Part shown: piece by piece, positions 58,440-64,000 of the stretch | How positions within the stretch are numbered: position 1 is the stretch's first letter | How the letters are laid out: the number at the start of each line of letters is the position of its first letter | Assembly: GCA_963840855.1 (NCBI GenBank) | Contig: CAWJBB010000069.1 | Span: 32,001-96,000, forward strand | Source: an uncultured delta proteobacterium | GTDB taxonomy: Bacteria; Desulfobacterota; Binatia; UBA9968 | Length of the DNA stretch: 64,000 nucleotides | Direction: 5' to 3' | Notes under the pieces: model-generated | Told to the model about the DNA's origin: nothing | Seen by the model: the letters and a program-made list of their open reading frames with translations, nothing else | Database searches by the model: none | Position numbers and translations under genes: made by a program

Positions 58440-59979
58440 ATGGCAAGAAAGACGCGGGGAATCACCAGACGCGACTTTTTGAAACGGAGCGCAGCGGCGG
58501 GCGTCGGCGCGATGGTTGGAGCGTTATGTTGCGCGCGACGCTTTCGCGGCCACGCGTGATCGCGTGACTATTTACCACTCGAGCGTGGCTGATTCGACCC
58601 ATCCTTATAATCACAGCTCCAGTCCGATCTACGGCAACTGGCAGCATGTCATCGAACCTCTGGTGGAACTCGACTACCAGAAAAAAGATTATGTCGGCGT
58701 GCTCGCCGAGTCGTGGCAGTTTCAGGGAAACAAATGGGTGTTCAAGCTCAGAAAAGGCGTCAAGTTTCATAACGGCGCGCCGTTAACGTCGAAAGACGTG
58801 GCATTTTCCATCGAGAAAATGCGCGACGAAAAGGGCGGCAGCCTGCAAGCGCCGAATTTTAAGGACGTCACCGAGATCCAAACACCCGATGATCAGACCG
58901 TCATCTTTGTCACCAAGCAGCCCTTCGCCGTGTTCCTAGACCGGCTGGAGAATCGTTTTATTGTCAGCAAAGAGGCTGTCGAGAAATCCGGCGACCCGTG
59001 GTACCAGAACCTGATCGGCACCGGGCCTTACAAGTTCGTGAGCCATCAGCGCGGCGGCAACATGGTCTTCACCCGCAACGACGAGTACTGGGGTGGCAAG
59101 GCGGCGATCAAAGAGGTGGTCTTCCGAAAAGTCACGGAGGAAGCGGCGCGCCTCGCCGCCCTCGAATCCGGTCAAGCCGACTTCATCAACAATATTCCGG
59201 TGCATGAGGTGGCGCGGTTGCAACGCCACCCGCGCGTCCGAATCGACCAGGTCGAAGGGCTGCGAATGTTTTTTTTGGCGATGAACTTTGCGATGAAGCC
59301 ATTCGACAACAAACTCGTGCGCCAGGCGGTCAATTATTCCATAGACGCGCCTTCCATCGTGAAAAATATCTTTGATAATATCGGCTATCCCTGCAACGGC
59401 CCGGTGGGCGCCAACGTCATCGGCGCCGATCCGAAACACAAACGCTACCCCTATGATCCGAAAACGGCTAGGGAGCTTCTGGCAAAGGCTGGGTACCCCA
59501 ATGGGTGCGACGTGCAGCTTTACTTTTCAGCCGGACGCTATCCCAAAGACAAGGAGGTCTGCCAGGTCGTCGCCGCGCAAATGGTCAAGGGCGGCTTCAG
59601 AGTCGAACTGATCTCGCAGGAGTGGGCCCTGTTTTGGGACAGGGAAGGCGTGAACGGCGGCAAGCTGCCGTTTTATTACATCGGGCGCGGTTCATTGACC
59701 GATGCGGATACGCTGTATGACCAGTACTTCCGCACGGGCACGACCAAACGAACCAATTACAGCAATCCAAAGCTCGACAAGATTATCGAAGAGCAGCAGA
59801 AGACCGCCGACACTAAGAAGCGGGTGGCATTGCTGCAGCAAGCGGGAAAATTCATCATGGATGAAGCGCTTTTCGTGCCGCTCTATAATCTCGCGGATAT
59901 CTACGGGGCAGCGAAAAATCTCGCCTGGAAGAAGCGGCCGGATGAAAAAATTCTCGGCTGGGAAATGAAAATTCAATAG
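58440..59979 (+). CDS. Family-5 ABC substrate-binding protein, Tat-exported (+1 frameshift near 58524)
   Basis: ATG 58440 gives MARKTRGITRRDFLK, out of frame with the 58516-59979 body; LRKGVKFHNG, GTGPYK. Confidence 0.85.
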
Positions 59980-60069
59980 TAGAAGTGATTCCTTACCGCT
60001 GGGTTTTTAGTTTGCGTGTCCTCGTGGAAGTGCAATAGAGGAACCGATCTCAATCAAGGGAGGTGAGAT

Positions 60070-61602
60070 ATGCGCTTAACCCATGACGGAGTCAATCGGA
60101 GAGATTTTTTAAAGCAAAGCGCCTTGGCCGGAATGAGCCTTGTTGCAAACGCTTCTTTGCCAAAAGCCGGCCACTCGGCTTCAGCAGATCGGCTGACGAT
60201 ATTAACCAGCGTGAGTTTGAGTTCTCTCCATCCCTACAATTATTCGTCAAGCCCGGAATATGGCATCTGGAATCACATGGCCGAGTCTCTAGTGGAAGTT
60301 GATTACGTCAAGATGGGCTACGCCGGCGTGCTCGCCGAATCATGGGAATTTCAAGGTAAGAAATGGGTTTTCAATCTCAGAAAAGGGGTGCGTTTTCACG
60401 ATGGGTCGCCGTTTACCGCCAAGGACGTGATTCATTCTTTCCAGCGGCTCTTGAACGATAAGACAAGCCCGCAGCGTTACGTTTTGACGGATATCACCGA
60501 AATGAAAGCCGGGGACGATCACACTCTCATCTTGACGACCAAGGAACCGACCGCGGTCATGATTGAACGATTGACGAACCGAAACATCCTCAGTAAGACG
60601 GCGGCTGATAAATACGGCAGTGACGTTGATCAGTATCCAACCGGGACCGGTCCGTACAAGTTCGTCAGCTGGCAGAGAGATGGCCAGCTCGTATTGACGC
60701 GCAACGACGACTATTGGAGAGGCAAAGCGGCGATCAAAGAAATCGTAACAAAGAAAGTAGGAGAGGATGCGGCCCGCGTCTCGGCCTTGCTGGCCGGGCA
60801 AGGCGATGTCATTAACAATGTTCCCGTGGAAGAGATCGGACGCATCGAAGGCAATCCGAGGACTCGTATCGAGAGAGCGCAGGGACAGCGGATGTATTTT
60901 CTGGCGCTTAACCCCGTCTTTAAGCCATTCGACAATAAGCTCGTACGGCAGGCCTTTAATTATGCCATCGATCCTTCGGTCATTATCAAGCATATCTACG
61001 AAGGAAATGGCTACGTCATGGACGGGCCGGTGGCGTCGAATGTGATTGGGGCCGATCCCAGTATCAAACGATATCCGCTCGATCCGAATAAGGCGAAGGA
61101 TCTTTTGGCGAAAGCGGGCTATCCGAACGGCGTTGACGTCAAGCTTTACCTGGCCCCCGACCGTTATCCCAAGGCTCGGGAAGTTTGCCAAGTGATCGCG
61201 GATCAGTTGCGCAAAGCGGGAGTTAGAACGGAGCTGGTGACACAAGAGTTTGCCATATGGTGGGGCCAAGAAGGGGTCAACGGCGGTAAACTTCCCTTCT
61301 ATTACGTTGGCCGCCCGGCCGTCGATGCGGACACGCTGTACGAACAGTACTTCCGTTCCGGCGTGACAAAGCGGATTCAATATAAGAATCCTGAGTTGGA
61401 CAAACTCATCGACGAAGAGCAAACCACCGGGGATATGAAAAAACGAATTGAGCTATTGCGACAGGCGGGTCGTATACTCATGGAAGACGTTCCGTACGTT
61501 CCCTTGTATACGCTGGCTGAGATCTATGGTGTCGCGCGGAACGTGATCTGGAAGGCAAAACCGGGAGAAAGTGTTCTAGCTTACGAGATGAAAATCCGCT
61601 GA
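60070..61602 (+). CDS. Family-5 ABC substrate-binding protein, Tat-exported
   Basis: NRRDFLK; close paralog of the upstream SBP. Confidence 0.9.
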   Translation: MRLTHDGVNRRDFLKQSALAGMSLVANASLPKAGHSASADRLTILTSVSLSSLHPYNYSSSPEYGIWNHMAESLVEVDYVKMGYAGVLAESWEFQGKKWVFNLRKGVRFHDGSPFTAKDVIHSFQRLLNDKTSPQRYVLTDITEMKAGDDHTLILTTKEPTAVMIERLTNRNILSKTAADKYGSDVDQYPTGTGPYKFVSWQRDGQLVLTRNDDYWRGKAAIKEIVTKKVGEDAARVSALLAGQGDVINNVPVEEIGRIEGNPRTRIERAQGQRMYFLALNPVFKPFDNKLVRQAFNYAIDPSVIIKHIYEGNGYVMDGPVASNVIGADPSIKRYPLDPNKAKDLLAKAGYPNGVDVKLYLAPDRYPKAREVCQVIADQLRKAGVRTELVTQEFAIWWGQEGVNGGKLPFYYVGRPAVDADTLYEQYFRSGVTKRIQYKNPELDKLIDEEQTTGDMKKRIELLRQAGRILMEDVPYVPLYTLAEIYGVARNVIWKAKPGESVLAYEMKIR

Positions 61603-61855
61603 CGGCACAGGTCCGGTCGGCTCTTTGGCGCAAGGGGGGACAGGCCGATCGGATTATAGGGGGCGGTAACCCACGCTACGCTGAATTCATGGCGCCGATG
61701 TCAAGAATTTGACAACTGAGAAACGTTTTTTGTCTATTTGCTGGCAAATGCATTCCGCTTGAAGAACCATTTGGTAAAAAGAAGCCGTCACGTGAAGATC
61801 TGGCTCCGATCTTCATGAAGATTTTGGCACGCTCGTTGCTTTCTAAAAACGCATT

Positions 61856-62404
61856 GTGACCAACTTGCCCCACCCGATAGAGCTGGCCAGCCGGCCGGCC
61901 AACTACTATTCCTACACATTGCGCTGCGTTGGGCAAAACCTGGAAGGTATGGACCTCAAGTCCCTCGAGGTTAAAACTCAGGGTGACAAGTTTATCGTCC
62001 AGGGGTGCAGCAAGAAAGCCTCAACAAACACGATGGACATCCTGAAGCGCTACGGTCCCGACGACATCAAGAAACTGGATGAAATGGGCAAGGCGCAGCG
62101 AAAACGTGGTTCCCGGCCGTCGAATCTCCTGAGCCTATCCCAAGTGCTCCGCTTCTGCGGGAACTATGTCGACCGGCTCCGCGGGCGCTTGATCCGGGTA
62201 TCCTGGCAGGACCAGAACGACAAGATTCAGTCGATTACAATTCAGTTCGAGCCATACGAAGAGGGCCGAAGCGGAAAAAGCGATTCGCCGGTCACGACCA
62301 TTGAGGAGCTTTGCATCCACGTCTATAAACAGCGGAAAAAGATCACCACCGGCATCGAGAAACCCTGGCAGCGCCACGGCCCCGGTGCGTTTGAGGGATT
62401 CTAA
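61856..62404 (+). CDS. Hypothetical protein
   Basis: Open frame with plausible composition; start uncertain. Confidence 0.55.
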   Translation: MTNLPHPIELASRPANYYSYTLRCVGQNLEGMDLKSLEVKTQGDKFIVQGCSKKASTNTMDILKRYGPDDIKKLDEMGKAQRKRGSRPSNLLSLSQVLRFCGNYVDRLRGRLIRVSWQDQNDKIQSITIQFEPYEEGRSGKSDSPVTTIEELCIHVYKQRKKITTGIEKPWQRHGPGAFEGF

Positions 62405-62457
62405 ATCGCACCACCCATGATCTGGTGCGAACAAAGGCCGCCATCAACTCGGCGGTC

Positions 62458-64000
62458 TCACGCCTGATATTTTATTTCCCCGCCGACAATCGTCATTTCG
62501 ACTTTTAGGTCCTTGATTTTCTCCGGTTGAATCTCGAACGGGTCTTCGGCCAACACCGCGATGTCCGCGAGTTTGCCGGCTTCAAGAGTTCCCTTATCGT
62601 TTTCCTCGAAGCCCACCCATGAAGCGGTGGTTGTGTGCATCGCGAATGCTTCGGCGACGCTGATTCGTTCTTCCGGCACCCACACCTCGCCCCAGCGCAT
62701 CCTGCGCGAGACGCAGGCCGAAATATCTCGCAAGGCGTCCACCGGCCAATAGCCTGGGGAGTCGGAGCCGCCGGCGATGATCACGCCGTTCCTTAGGAGC
62801 GTTCTGAACGGGAAGGCTTTCGTGAGCCGTTTCTCGCCGACGCAATCGAGAATGGCGTCACCGACATAATAGCCAATGGCAATGTTGGGGATCGCCACAA
62901 TGCCCGAGCGCACCATGCGCTGCATCCGCTCCTGTGTCGCCAACCAGTTGCCCATATGCTCGATGCGGTGGCGGTGGTCCTTGCGCGGCGAGTTTTCAAT
63001 GGCGCTCTCATATGCATCCAGCGCCATGTCGAAAGCGCGGTCGCCGATGGCATGCACGCAGCAGCGCAATCCCGCTTCGTGGCATTTGCGCACGGTTTCA
63101 TTCAGTTCGTCTTGCTGAATTCTGATGATGCCGTGATTGTGCTCATCGTCTTCATAGGGCTCGTAAAAGCACGCGTTGCGTCCAGTGATGCCGCCATCGA
63201 TGCTCATCTTGACGCCGCCCACTCTCAGCCACTCGTTGCCGAAACCGGTGATCAGGCCGAGCTCAATCAGACTTTTCGATTCGATCATGGATTCGATGAC
63301 GCGCGGCAAAATGCTCACCCGGGCGTGCATGCGGCCTTCCTTATAAATCTCCTGATAAGCGCGCACAGGATCGGCATAGCGTACGATGTCGTGAACCGTC
63401 GTCACGCCGCGTTCCAGACACTGATTCAAGGCAAAAACAATACCGCTTTTCAGCTGGAGATAGTTGAACTCCGGCGCGACTTTTTTAAGAATTAATTGTG
63501 CGCGCTCGTGCAGCTCGCCGGTGGGTTCCCCGGTCTGGGGATTTTTTGTGATATGTCCGCCGGCGGGGTCGGGTGTGTCGCGGGTGATCTTGGCGGTTTC
63601 GAGGGCTTTACTATTTCCGATAGTGATATGGGCGCCGAAAGAAATCGAAACCGGATTGTCAGGTACGACACCGTCCAGATCGCGCTTGTCGGGAAATCGT
63701 TTATCCGTCAGGCGGAAATCTTGCATCGGGCTGCCATGGGCGACGATCCATGATCCCGTCGGCGCGCTGGCCGACGCGCTGGCGAGCCGTTGCAGAATAT
63801 CTGCGATCGAGTGGACGCCGACGTAGAAGTCGCGGCAGTCGACCAGCTCCATCTCCGCGGTGCCTTTTTCCGAGAGATGGACGTGAGTATCCGTCAGACC
63901 GGGGATGGCCGGGCGGCCATGGAGATCGATGACCTGTGTATCGGGACCCGCGAGCCGGCGCATGTCATCGGAATCTCCCGTCGCGACAATCCGGCCGCCG
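62458..64000 (-). CDS. Amidohydrolase 3 (YtcJ-like) family protein, 5' end outside the window
   Basis: PGLTDTHVH, VKMSIDG, HAIGD, RIEH, GSD, GKLAD. Confidence 0.88.
   Translation of the reverse strand, partial: GGRIVATGDSDDMRRLAGPDTQVIDLHGRPAIPGLTDTHVHLSEKGTAEMELVDCRDFYVGVHSIADILQRLASASASAPTGSWIVAHGSPMQDFRLTDKRFPDKRDLDGVVPDNPVSISFGAHITIGNSKALETAKITRDTPDPAGGHITKNPQTGEPTGELHERAQLILKKVAPEFNYLQLKSGIVFALNQCLERGVTTVHDIVRYADPVRAYQEIYKEGRMHARVSILPRVIESMIESKSLIELGLITGFGNEWLRVGGVKMSIDGGITGRNACFYEPYEDDEHNHGIIRIQQDELNETVRKCHEAGLRCCVHAIGDRAFDMALDAYESAIENSPRKDHRHRIEHMGNWLATQERMQRMVRSGIVAIPNIAIGYYVGDAILDCVGEKRLTKAFPFRTLLRNGVIIAGGSDSPGYWPVDALRDISACVSRRMRWGEVWVPEERISVAEAFAMHTTTASWVGFEENDKGTLEAGKLADIAVLAEDPFEIQPEKIKDLKVEMTIVGGEIKYQA

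Noticed and set aside
21788-59979. Multiple frameshifts (about 22470, 23645, 37000-37050, 39107-39215, 47595, 58524) as programmed frameshifting or phase variation
   Set aside because: Mostly 1-2 nt indels in short homopolymers, also affecting ordinary genes, with no slippery heptamers; long-read error or decay is simpler. Needs a read check.

Overview
GC-rich bacterial window. The gene content (many ABC_sub_bind-type substrate-binding proteins, amidohydrolases, TPP E1 pairs, family-5 SBPs) resembles Candidatus Binatia/Deltaproteobacteria-like soil genomes; this is inference only. Both ends (1-6 kb, 39.6-64 kb) look like ordinary chromosome: amidohydrolases, a TPP enzyme, an Actinobacteria-type polA, two E1 alpha/beta pairs, aat, D-aminoacylase, an aminotransferase and a peptide ABC cluster. 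The middle (~6-39.5 kb) is a mosaic accessory region with five notable parts. (i) A sigma54 operon containing an ArsM-like methyltransferase with an in-frame UGA and SECIS-like hairpin, probably a selenoprotein. (ii) A cassette-like array of divergent ABC_sub_bind genes punctuated by a conserved 70-bp palindrome (5 full, 3 partial copies); an unrelated O-methyltransferase sits in the same slot geometry. (iii) An integrase-less run of integron attC-bounded cassettes. (iv) Remnants of two classical integration targets (tRNA-Ala 3' part, guaA 3' end). (v) An SBP-leader/cytochrome c peroxidase chimera. Several single-base frameshifts may be long-read errors. No CRISPR array, rRNA, intact tRNA, integrase or transposase was seen.
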